In this document: positions 1 to 11,300 of the stretch, piece by piece | Numbering within the stretch: the first letter of the stretch is position 1 | How the letters are laid out: each line of letters begins with the position of its first letter | From: Tubulanus polymorphus | Lineage: Eukaryota; Animalia; Nemertea | Direction of reading: 5' to 3' | DNA: 64,000 nt | NCBI RefSeq assembly: GCF_964204645.1 | Contig: NC_134034.1 | Coordinates: 11,606,962 to 11,670,961, forward strand | Translations under genes and position numbers: made by a program | Notes under the pieces: generated by a model | What the model saw: the letters and a program-made list of their open reading frames with translations, nothing else | The model's database searches: none | Told to the model about the DNA's origin: nothing

Positions 1-327
1 TATAATAGGGACCCATGAGCCGCGAGATAAATATTGAAATATCGAAAAATAAACAAAACTCAAATCACGGGAAATTAAACTAGAATCGCGCGTGTCGTGT
101 CATACAACAAATGGCTGGTGAATTTCTATGAGTAAAAATGACTTTAATTCGAAAATGCTGAATTTCTAGTAAAACCGTTTAAAATGTGGAATTTCTTGTT
201 AAAACCATAAAATAGGTCTCTCGTTTTCTTAAGAGTTTCTATTCAACGTGTTTCTATTCCTGGCTTTTCTAAAAACCAACCAACACTTCGAAAACCGTAG
301 CTCAAGGCTCCCATACTAATAATGGAA

Positions 328-492
328 CATGGTTCCTACAGATAATTTTTTACGGAGATGATTTCCAGAACTTTAGGGGTATTTTAGGGGCCTGAGGTTC
401 AAAAGCCAGAATTTTAGGGTATTTCTTCCCTAAAAAATGGAATTCCGGAATTTTAGGGTATTTTAGGAATTTTAGGGGCTGTAGGAACCATG
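328..492. mobile_element. MITE with CATGGTTCCTACAG TIRs and 5-bp TSD
   Basis: 14-bp TIRs at 328-341 and 479-492, flanked by TGGAA on both sides (323-327, 493-497). Confidence 0.7.
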
Positions 493-888
493 TGGAACTG
501 CAGAAAGAATTTCTATGAATCAGAATTTTCCTTATTGTTTTTCTTAAAAACAGAAAAACTTCAAGAAGTTACGAGCGAAAACGTCAATGTACAGACAGTA
601 TAGCGCGTACAGCGGTGAAGTATGAAATGGCACAGTGGCCTATTAAACCAGAACACAATAGATCAGGTCTCTCCTCTACCCTAGGCTAATTCAGTACAGA
701 CATTTTTTTACCTCAACTATTTCCTTCCTAAAATAGAAGAGAGAAAATTTTAAACTACATACACAACGACGGCGTAGAGATCGTACTATAAGCGCAGCCA
801 GACAACTGGCTTAAAAACTGTTTTTAACTATCTTTGTAAGAAAATTGGGCTCAGTCTAGTCTGATTATCCAGAATCAAATCTTAATCG

Positions 889-1425
889 AACCCACACAAC
901 TGTGGAACCGGGTTCAAGGTGAAATCAAACCCACAACTGTGGAACTGGATCCAGAGTCAATTTAACCTACACAACTGTGGAACTGGATCCAGGGTCAAAT
1001 CAAACCCACACAACTGTGGAACTGGATCCAGAGTCAAACTAAACCCACAAAACTGTGGAACTGGGTTTAGAGTCAAATTAAACCCACACAACTGTGGAAC
1101 TGGATCCAGAGTCAAATCAAACCCACACAACTGTGGAACTGGGTCCAGAGTCAAACTAAATCCACAAAACTGTGGAACTGGGTTTAGAGTCAAATTAAAC
1201 CCACACAACTGTGGAACTGGATCTTGAATCAAATCAAATCCACATGAATGTGGAACCTCGATCCAGAGGCAAATTAAACCCAAACAACTGTGGAACTGGG
1301 TTCAGAGACAAATTGAACCCCCACAAATGTGGGACTGGACTCAACTGGAGACAATAAGCCACACAACTGTCAAATTAAACCCACGCGACTGTGGAACTGG
1401 GCTCGCCATACAACTGTGGAAGTGG
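889..1425. repeat. ~42-bp tandem repeat (AAACCCACACAACTGTGGAACTGGATCCAGAGTCAAATT)
   Basis: About 12 copies. The core is the terminus of the family C MITE. The same repeat occurs at 28020-28265. Confidence 0.9.
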
Positions 1426-2482
1426 GGCGGATATTAAGCAGGGAATTCATGAGTAATTTATTCCGGGCAGTGAGTAGATAATTGTGGTGAAATTATCTGT
1501 GTTCATTTCCATTGATCTATGATATAATTAATAGATTAGCCTAGTGACTACAGAATTACACGCACACACACCAGTCAGTGAGAGAGAGCGGAGAGAGCAA
1601 CATTGTCAAATAGTTTCATCATGAGTAACAAAAGCAACTAAATTGACGAGTTCTAATAAAACCACATAAGGTCTTTGTCAACAAGAATTATTTATTGAAA
1701 TGCATATATTGGTTTTATCAACGTCGACACTAGAATGCTTTTATAGAATGCTTCTTAGTATCAATTATTAATAAGAAATCTTTGTAAGTCTTGTTGTCGT
1801 ATCGAATGGGGGTCTGTTTGTTTAACGATACCGGTATCAAATTTATGGAGAAGTGATGACTTATCCGACTCGCGGAGTCGTAGTTTATTGAACCCACATC
1901 TTGAGTCACCTGTGGGTCTTCCTAGAAATTGTATATTTTGGTTTTCCCCAATACGTTCCCGGAATGGAATAGAGTTGACCGAGCCTACAATATTTTTTAA
2001 ACTTTATTTACGCTCTTAAGAGTTTTATCAAAACGAAGGTAAATTACTTTGTTTAATTAAACTTAATTACTTCGTGATTTTAATTCCTTATCATTTCAAA
2101 TCCTACTAATCCATGATTCTATAATATCAAGAAAAATATTATCAATTCATGGTATAAAAACAGCAAAAAGCATCAAAACTGATAAAATCTAAAATCCGAG
2201 ACGTTTTCAGTCAAATCCGTTCGTTGTTTTTGAGTGAAAAATTTGTAGACCGGTTTTTTAGAAGATTTAAAAATTCAACAAACAGCTGAAAAAAGATCAA
2301 ATAGGAATTGACAAGCACTGTATCGTGGAAGAAAGACATTATGAACATACTCTGAAAATAAAACAACATTTTAACAGAAGAAGCAAAGACGATATAATAT
2401 TGGAAGAGAAATGGATGGAACCAGGTCCGGGAGGCTGGGGAGTGATTGACTTTGAGTTTGAGCAGAAGAGATTTTTACTTAC

Positions 2483-2676
2483 ACACTTTGATTTGGAGTC
2501 GGCGCTCCTAAAGCTATAATGTGTTCCGCTACAGAAAATCCGAAATAAGAATCCGGGTGTCCAGTTTTAATCAGCGGTATATGCGTATCCAGATTAAACG
2601 TCAAAATACACCGGTAAAACGTAAATAAACACCAGCAACTTAAATATAAAATCCACCACCGAGCCGTAGCCGCCAT
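2483..2676 (-). CDS. Integrin alpha subunit, first coding exon (gene continues off the left end of the window)
   Basis: ATG at 2676 gives MAATARWWILYLSCWCLFTFYRCILT-FNLDTHIPLIKTGHPDSYFGFSVA: a signal peptide followed by the integrin-alpha mature N-terminus FNLD and the first FG-GAP motif SYFGFSV. The exon ends at a GTAAGT donor (2482). No further exon was recognised in 1-2482. Confidence 0.85.
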
Positions 2677-4167
2677 GTTTACAACTACTGCTAGCAGTGT
2701 GTGTGCGTGTTCGTTAACAGGTGGCAGCACGTGCCGGTCTAATGCCCGCAGGACGGGGCCGTGGCGGGCGCCGGCACCAGCACCGGCACCACCTGTATTT
2801 CGAAGAAAGTCTCCAACATAAAAACATTAAAACCGGATATAAAACCATAAATTCAAACTGGAAAGCTTATGATTAACTAAACAGTCTTTGATTTAATTTT
2901 CATTAACATTATTTTACAAGATAACTAGAGTTTTGCCTCCCTTGCCTTAACTTTGAGTTTTTCAAACATGATCAAATTGGTTATTTTCTCAAATGTTACA
3001 TTTAATGCAAGTATTTTGGAGACGTATTCTCTTCTATGCACCATATAGACATTGGTAAACCATGGGTTTAGAGTCCGTATATAGCTAGCACAATCTACTG
3101 ATTAATTCTGTTCATATATCCTCATTTATCAAGAGACTGCTATAGGGTTCCGAGCTATTTTCCATAAGGACCTTAATGAAAATAGTATTTTATGAACCGG
3201 TGAAAAGCACCACAGTGAAAAAGTTGCGATACACGTAACTAAACAATTGAAAAGTTTTAACATGACTGACGAACATGTAGGCCTATGTCGTTTTATTCTT
3301 ACACAACTAAATCAGTTATTCAAAAACAGTTCAAAATAAAAACATTGTACTACACTAAACCTACAAATACACTCACTCTGAAAAGTGTAAGGTTAACTAA
3401 TCAATCTTCCTTCTTATAAGAAAACAAAAAACGAGTTTTCTTCATCTTTAAGAGATTTCTTCATAGACTCGACTCCATTTCATAGTAATTCCTCAGCTTT
3501 GCGACTGAGGGCGCTTTTCTAATTATTTCTTGTATAAGTTCTTGTTTTTGTTTTTTGATTATGCTACTATGTATTATGTATTCTCTATTTAATGTCATTC
3601 TTTAATGTTTTGTCCTGTAAAATTATTGCATGTCTTATCCTATGTATAAATGTTATATACGGCGCAATAAATATAAGTTCAAGTTCAAGTTCAAGTTCAA
3701 GTATCGGCTGCATTTTCTTCATTTGAGGCACAGAGGCACAAAGCCATTTCCAAAAATTACGAAACACTAACTAAACAACAATTATTGAATATTCTCATTG
3801 TAATAATTTATATTTCAAAATGTAAATTGTGGCACGATTTTACACGAACATATATAACCTGGACGGATCGATATCAACATCTTAAAATCACATTCAAAAT
3901 AATAAAATTCTAATATAAAATTGCTATGGGTGAAACATGAACTTATTCTAATAGCGTTAAAATGAAGTTGAAAAAGTAGCGAAAATATCCATTCTTACAA
4001 AATAGGCACTTTAGATCATGATCCGTTAACTCAAGCCTTAGGCATTTGGCCTGGGTATACTGGAAGCTAAAAACAATAAACAATCTATCAACGAATCATA
4101 ATTGAAGGTTTAAACGAGGCTCAAGTCTTCCAGAAGCACGAAATTGAGGCCGCGCTTAAAGCATCAC

Positions 4168-4347
4168 GGGCCGGCTTTGTAGACTGGTATTATCTTTAAC
4201 CCAGGGCTAACTCAATTCATTTTTGATATGATAAGTTAATGTAATGTATAAAAGGATTAAGTAAGTATCATGTGAGGAAGGATTTTAGGGGTGTTCTCGG
4301 ACGGTCGGACCGGGTTTAAGTTAATAACCAGTCTATAACACCGGCCC
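4168..4347. mobile_element. MITE family D (GGGCCGG..TAGACTGGTATTA TIRs)
   Basis: Inverted termini GGGCCGGCTTTGTAGACTGGT / ACCAGTCTATAACACCGGCCC. A related copy is at ~35069-35185. Confidence 0.65.
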
Positions 4348-4464
4348 CAGTATATTCATAGTATTTTTCATAAAACAGATTAAAAGAAATCACAGCAGTC
4401 TTGATGAGAATAAAATATGTAACAGATTCTATAAGTTCCAGATTCCATCAGTACCGGTAGTCAA

Positions 4465-4628
4465 GGGATCATTCATTTATTACGTACGCATAAAATTTGA
4501 ATTTTTCAACCCCCCTCCCCCTCTGTACGCAAAATTGGCCATCTAATCATATACATTAAGCATTACAGTACGCAATTGCACTGACCCCTCCCCTGTCCCC
4601 TAATGCGTATGTGATAGATGAATGACCC
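4465..4628. mobile_element. MITE family E (GGGATCATTCATTTATTACGTACGCAT TIRs)
   Basis: Near-identical copies at 5079-5241, 27458-27621 (inverted) and ~46178-46335 (degenerate). Confidence 0.8.
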
Positions 4629-5078
4629 CATAGACTCTAACACTAACATTTATAACCTAATCAACGTAACACAACAAATTGTCGTACGGAACCCGGTTCC
4701 ACTGTTTGTTATCAATATTTGACTCACAGGTTAAAATCAGTGGCCAAAAACTATTCTCAACTGAAATTCGACCAAGAACTGGTTGTAGCATGATTCTATG
4801 CAACAAAAATACACGTTGGTTCGCGCGGAAGTACAGTAGACACCGCGGTGGCCTCAGATCTTGTGGGACCAATAAATTCTCTCAGAGATGGGCGAATTCT
4901 GGGGCAGTCAGAGCAGGAATAGGTTGTCATCATCATGAAAATGTGGGGCAAGTGATAATCTGATCGGTAGTCTAGTACCTAGCCATTGTTCCTGAAACAA
5001 CTGGTATTCAGACTATCTGATCGGGAGTCGACTCCGGGGTAAACATGGTCTGGAGAACGTGATAATCTGAGGCAGTCA

Positions 5079-5241
5079 GGGATCATTCATTTATTATGTA
5101 CGCATAGAATTTGAATTTTTCAACCCCCCTCCCCCTCTGTACGCAAAATAGGCCATTTTTTCATATACATTAAGCATAACAGTACGCAATTGCACTGACC
5201 CCTCCCCCTCCCCTAATGCGTACGTAATATATGAATGATCC
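5079..5241. mobile_element. MITE family E copy (just downstream of the CERKL stop)
   Basis: Same sequence and TIRs as 4465-4628. Confidence 0.8.
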
Positions 5242-5347
5242 CTCAACTAAACGTCTGCGTATCTCACTGCATTCCTAGATGAACGTTCTCGCACTGGGTG
5301 ATCCTACCCCCCTGAACGGGCGCACGTGGGGTAATGAACTATTTCTA

Positions 5348-8300
5348 TCATATTTGTGAAAGGAATAAATATCTAACATTGTCATCAGCTACGTTGATGT
5401 CATGAACTCCGTCGCCGGTTATTTTCAATAATCGCGGCTGGACGCTGAAAAATATGGAAAAAAATGTTCAAATTAATCAGTTTGCAAAAAGTAAAACACC
5501 AGTAACATCTTTCATATTTCTGTTCAAATTAATCAGTAATCAACAGTAAGACCCTCGATCAGTAATGAATCAGTAATCAAGGGGGGTTAAAACCCATGGC
5601 AACATCCTTCAAATGTTTCGTATTTCTGTACGCATCAAACAAATTAAATCAGTAACAAATACTGAATATCAGGAATCTAGTTGCCAGCTCTGGACTCTGG
5701 TTTTCACGTAATTGGATATGAATTTATTTTGAAACCATGAAACGAGTCCCGTCCGAAAGTTGATACAAACTCGATCTCCAAACAAACAATTGATATTTTA
5801 CTCACGTGAAATGCAGTTCTGTAAACGTGTCGTCGAGAATCTCGTTATCGACGCACCAATTCGACCTTGACCTCGATTCTTCTTTCTCTTTGCGTTTCTG
5901 CTCTTTTCGTTCTCGTTTCAGTTTACGTTTCACCGAGTTACGTTCCAACAGAGCGATGCTGCTGCGAGGTTTCGACGACGACGGCGGCGGTTTCGACGAC
6001 GCTGGTCCAGCAGGTGGCGCCGCCGGCGTGCTCGATCGTCTGCTCCGCAAACCGCCCTTGAACAACGACGATAAACTCAGACGCCGTTTTCGTAGCGTCG
6101 GTTTTTCGTCGTCCTGAGAAGAAAAATTGAGAGAAATTTTCCTCTTAAGGCTAAACAAAAATGATACCTTGTTTCTCCGCAGCGGCCGGGTCATTTTTGT
6201 AAAATATGATAAAATTTATAAACAGTTCATTTCTACAGCGGCCGGGTCTGTTATGGTAAAATTGATCACGATTTTAAAAAAAGTAATGTATAGGGTAGAT
6301 AGGCGGCCGGCCGGGTCAACATTTAAGCTCAACAGAGCGGAGAAACAAGGTATCAATTTTTTTTTAGCCTAACAATTATCCGGCACATTTTGCTGATGAC
6401 TGATGAGACTATTTTCAGTCTTGATGAATGTCACTAATGGAAACCCACAATATCAATTGAAACGACTGTTATCGTTTTTTTCTTACGTTTCGGATGGAAT
6501 CCTGCCACCTGTACTCAGAGTTTATTTGGAAAATTCAATGTTTTGTTTTTCAAATAATCTCTGAAGATTCCACCTGAAACAGTTTACATTGATATTATGG
6601 GTTTCTCTTAATCATTTCTGACAACTCCGGACCTAAATCCATCGTTGTTGGTTAATTTCAGGGGCCTACACCCAGCTACTGTGGAACAGAGGTCTCGGGG
6701 CCTGCACTCAGTTCCATAGTTCTAAGTCAAATCATTACTAGACTTCGAAAAGTTGTGTCTGTTGACTCTAATTTTTGATAAATTATTTTTGATTCGAATC
6801 TAATTGAAATATAAAAGAAACTGAGGCGCAGTTAACCAGCAACCAATAGCGACGCCTGGTGGATTATCACAGAATCCTCGCTTGCCGCAGTAGACGTGTC
6901 AGTATCCTGCTAAAATTCACTTTTTGATCAGTGATTTTCTTACTTTTTCATTGTCACCATTAATCGATGTATTTTCACTGTTAGCACCGGTAGTAGTTGT
7001 CCCTATGCTGCTGCTATCATCGTCGCCATCCTCTTCGTCATCGGAATCATCATCGCTCAAACGATCTGTGTCTATTACGTCCATTGACGCCGATTTCTTC
7101 AACTATAAACAAACAATCAGTAAAATATCGAACGCGAAATCCGAATAAAAAAATCATAAGAACATGAATTTTGTTTCTATTTTATGAAAATCAAATAGTC
7201 TTCGCTGAAATGTCTAATCGAAAATCTGAATGAAAAAATTATAAAAACGTGAATTTTGTTTCTTTCATATGGAAGTGAAATAGTCTTTGCTGAAATATCT
7301 AATCTCTTCTTGTTTATAAACGTAACAAAATAAAATCTGAATGAAAAAATTATGAAAACATGAATTTTGTTTACTATCTTATGAAAATATTTGCTGAATT
7401 ATCTAATTTTTTTTTAAATAAACGTACGGTTCGTTTGAGTTTTACGTTCGCCATCTGTTGCTCGATTTCGTCATTGTAGCCGTTGTCTTTTTGGTGCCAC
7501 GTCGATTTCAATTGTTGTTTGAATTTCACTTCTTTAACGCGATGAACCTCGACGAACGGATATTCAAACTGCAGAAAATATGAATATACAGGAAAAATTA
7601 ACGACATTTTCTAGCTATATCAACAAATTTCTCTTGACTTTTGACTTTTCCCTGATTTTTAGCTTTTTTACAAAATTCCCAGACTATTCCCTGATTTCCA
7701 GATACAGGTGGCCACCCTAATTATACGTTTAAAACTACAAATTGATAAGTTTCAAAAATTAAATTCCCTGTGGGCACCCTGATTATACGTTTAACACCCA
7801 ATATATACAAATTGAAAAGTTTTAGAAACTAAATCGAAAATTACACAATGTTTCGGACTTTCTCTAGGATGAATCATCGTCAGGTGTGAATTGAACAATT
7901 CACAATAGAATTTGTAGAATCTAAGGATCCCTGGGGCCGGTTCCATAGACAGGGCTTAGACTTAAGACCAGTCTAAGACCGTCTTAGATCTATAGCCAAT
8001 CTATCGACTTAAGATTAGTCTTAATATTAAAGACCACTTTTGGACTTAAGTCTCGACTATGGAACTGGCTCCTGGAGCGTAAGCACGTCGAGACGAACCT
8101 GATTTTTATAGTTGCCGTGGCGTTTCAAGAATCTCAAGAACGATTTACGATCGGTGCTCGTGACGACGATCAGATCCATGTATCCGTCTGCTAGATGAGC
8201 GTATTTACTGAATCCACGTGGCGCCATCTGGCAACGACCCGGATTCGACATGATACTGACGTTGATGTAAGGACCTTGTAGTTTTTTCCAGTCTTGTTCG

Positions 8301-11300
8301 ACATCGCCGTTTCTTAAATCTAAAAAGAATTAAGTATTTCTACAATGTACCCGGTGAGTACTGGTACCCCTTTGTTTAGTTTAACTGTTTTCATGCTGTG
8401 TATATTACACAAGCTACTTTGTATCGCATTTCAGACTCTTATTCATTCTATTTCATTCATTTTCCTATCAACATTTCAAGTTCCATTCTGAAAATTTTGA
8501 TGACAATTCTTTCTAAATGGTTTCGTTCAAGCTTACCGGTTATTATGCTGCTGCTGCCGGATTCGGCTAGCGGATCAAATTCGATCAGTTCATCTTGTTC
8601 AGGGCTGTCATCATCAACGCTATCTTTATTACCACGATCACACGTGCTACAACTAGAATGAGAATAAAACAATGTGAATTATTTGTAAAATGTGAATTCA
8701 GGGGCACAAGCGGCACAAGCTACCCCCGCAGTGAAAACTTAGAAAGCTATGACTATTTTAATTCGATAGCCAATCTAACAACTCAAGACCAATCTAAGCT
8801 CATTTTAGTTCTATAACCAATCTAACAATTTAAGACCAATCTAAGCTCATCTTAGTTCTATAGCCCATAAAACAACTTAAGACCAGTCTAAGCTCATTTT
8901 AGTTCTATAACCAATCTAACAACTCAAGACCAGTCCAAGCTTATTTTGGTTCTGTAGCCAATCTAACAACTTCAAACCAGTCTAAGCTCATTTTAGTTCT
9001 ATAGCCAATCTAACAACTCAAGACCAGTTTAAGCTGATTTTTGTTCTATAACCAATATAACAACTTAAGACCAGTCTAAGCTCAATATAGTTCTATAGCC
9101 AATCTAACACCTCAAGACCAGTCCAAGCTTATTTTGATTCTGTAGCCAATCTAACAACTCAAGACCAGTTTAAGCTGATTTTAGTTCTATAGCCAATCTA
9201 ACAACTTAAGACCAGTAAAAGCTCATCTTGGTTCTTTAACCAATCTTACAACTTTAAGACCAGTTTAGGTTCTATAGACAATCTAACTAAGACCAGTCTA
9301 TGATTCAAGACCACTTTTAAGACTAAAGACACGATCCCTGCCGTCATTGCTTCAAGACACATCTACGTAAACACCATATCAGTACACGGTAACATCATTC
9401 GCGTACATCAGGGGCCGGTTGCATAGTCATGACTTAGACTTAAGACCAGTCTAAGACCAACTTAGTTCTATAGCCAATCTAACAACCTGAGACCAGTCTT
9501 AAGATTAAAGACCACTTTTGGACTTAAGTCACGACTGTGCAACTGGCCCCAGTACACAAATATCAGGTACACGGTGCTTACTTGTAATGACAGATTTTCC
9601 CATCTTTCGGGTGACTTTTCTCTTCATTCGGACTCGGCACGTATTTTATATTACAGTCGTACGACCTACAAAATAATAAGTGAATTGTAAATCAATTTCT
9701 CTTCTTCCAGGCGATTAAGACTGAACGGTAGTTAGGGAATTATTACCAGGGCCCGGTTTCATGAAAAAGTTAAACTCAAATTTTTGGTGTAATTGCCATT
9801 GGTTACTTCATGTTTTCAATGAGGACAACAATTCAAACTTAACCGTTTTAGGCTTAAACTTTTTCGTGAAACTGGACCCAGGGGCCAGTTGCACAGTCGT
9901 GACTTAAGTCAAAAAGTGGTCTTAAATCTTAAGACTGGTCTTAAGTTGTTAGATTGGCTATAGAACTAAGTTGGTCTTAGACTGGTCTTAAGTCTAAGCC
10001 ATGACTATTCAACTGGCCCCAGGTTTCAGGTTCCCTAAATCAAGACAAGGACTAATGTCTATTTCAACCTGACTTGAGAGCATTCCGGGTGGCCTAGCTC
10101 AGTCAGTTTTGGTAGTACATACCTGATAAAGGTCTTATTAGGACCAGAAAGGACAGGCAGTCGACCTAAAACATCATTTTTAAATCCATTTTAAACTGTT
10201 TTAAAGGATATCCAAAAAGTCAGCATTGAGAGGGATTCATGAGAGAAAAGAGACTCCATGATTTAAAAGTTTGACAATATGTTTCCATGCCTACCAACTG
10301 AAGTTTGGTACGTAGGCATGGAAACATATTGTTAAACTTTCAAATCATGGAGTCAATTCTCTTCATTTAGCCGCTTTCAGTGAACACTTTTTGGATATCC
10401 TTCAATACAGTTTCAAATGGATTAAGAATTAATGATTTAGGTCGATTGCCTGTCCTTTCTGGTCCTAATAAGACCTTTATCAGGTATGTACTATCAAAAC
10501 TGAGCGAGCTAGGCCACCCGGAATGCTCTCAAGTCAGGTTGAAATAGACAATAGTGACGAAGTAATTCTGCTGACATACTATGGATTTAAACCTATGAAT
10601 TCTGAATTGCGACCGATATCATTAATAGACACCGACAATATCAATTTAAACAACTGCTATTGTTTTTTTCCCATGTTTCAGATGGAATCATTAAATGAAA
10701 GTCGTTTGAATAAATATCGTGGGTAATAGTTTCATCAAGACTGGAAATAGTCTCAACATTCACTAGCAGCAAGTGACCAGCGCCATTTGTAAAAAAAATT
10801 CAATCTTCTGGTTGAAACATATTTTTGATATGAGAACTGATTAAATGTAACCGACCTGAAACGACGAGTGCTCAGCGATTTCAAATACGACAATTCCAAC
10901 TGACGACCTCGACGATGCGTGAAGGTCGACCGATGAGACTGCACGTTGCCGTAGAAACCGTAATGAGAATTTAACGACCAGCCGATGAATTTATCCATCG
11001 AGAAAATCGAATTGACGTCGATATTCATCGAATAACCTGCAGACGAAAAAAAAAAAAAAAACTTTTTTTCTTAGAGAATTGTTTTGAAACCTGAAATAAG
11101 GATAGCGAATGATCCCGCAACTGATGACACTGTTTGATTACTATTAAGATAAATCTCAAATCTGTTCGAATGATGATAAATGTAAGATATTACGAACGAC
11201 AGTTTTGCAGACAGGGGGTCCACAGTTGCTGAAAGGTTGGTTAGAAAATAGCTGGTAGATAGATTACATAGTAACGATGAACTTTTAATTGTCGCTATGT

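Noticed and set aside
1-320. Old TIR element (ATAGGGACCCATGAGCCGCG / CGTAGCTCAAGGCTCCCATACTA)
   Set aside because: The termini are too diverged and cut by the window edge to support a call.
370-480. Telomere-like TTAGGG repeats
   Set aside because: Scattered TTTTAGGG(G) subterminal motifs inside a TIR element, not a tandem telomeric tract.
919-1283. ORFs 919-1227 (+) and 957-1283 (-) with Cys-rich repeats
   Set aside because: Translation of a 42-bp MITE-derived tandem repeat.
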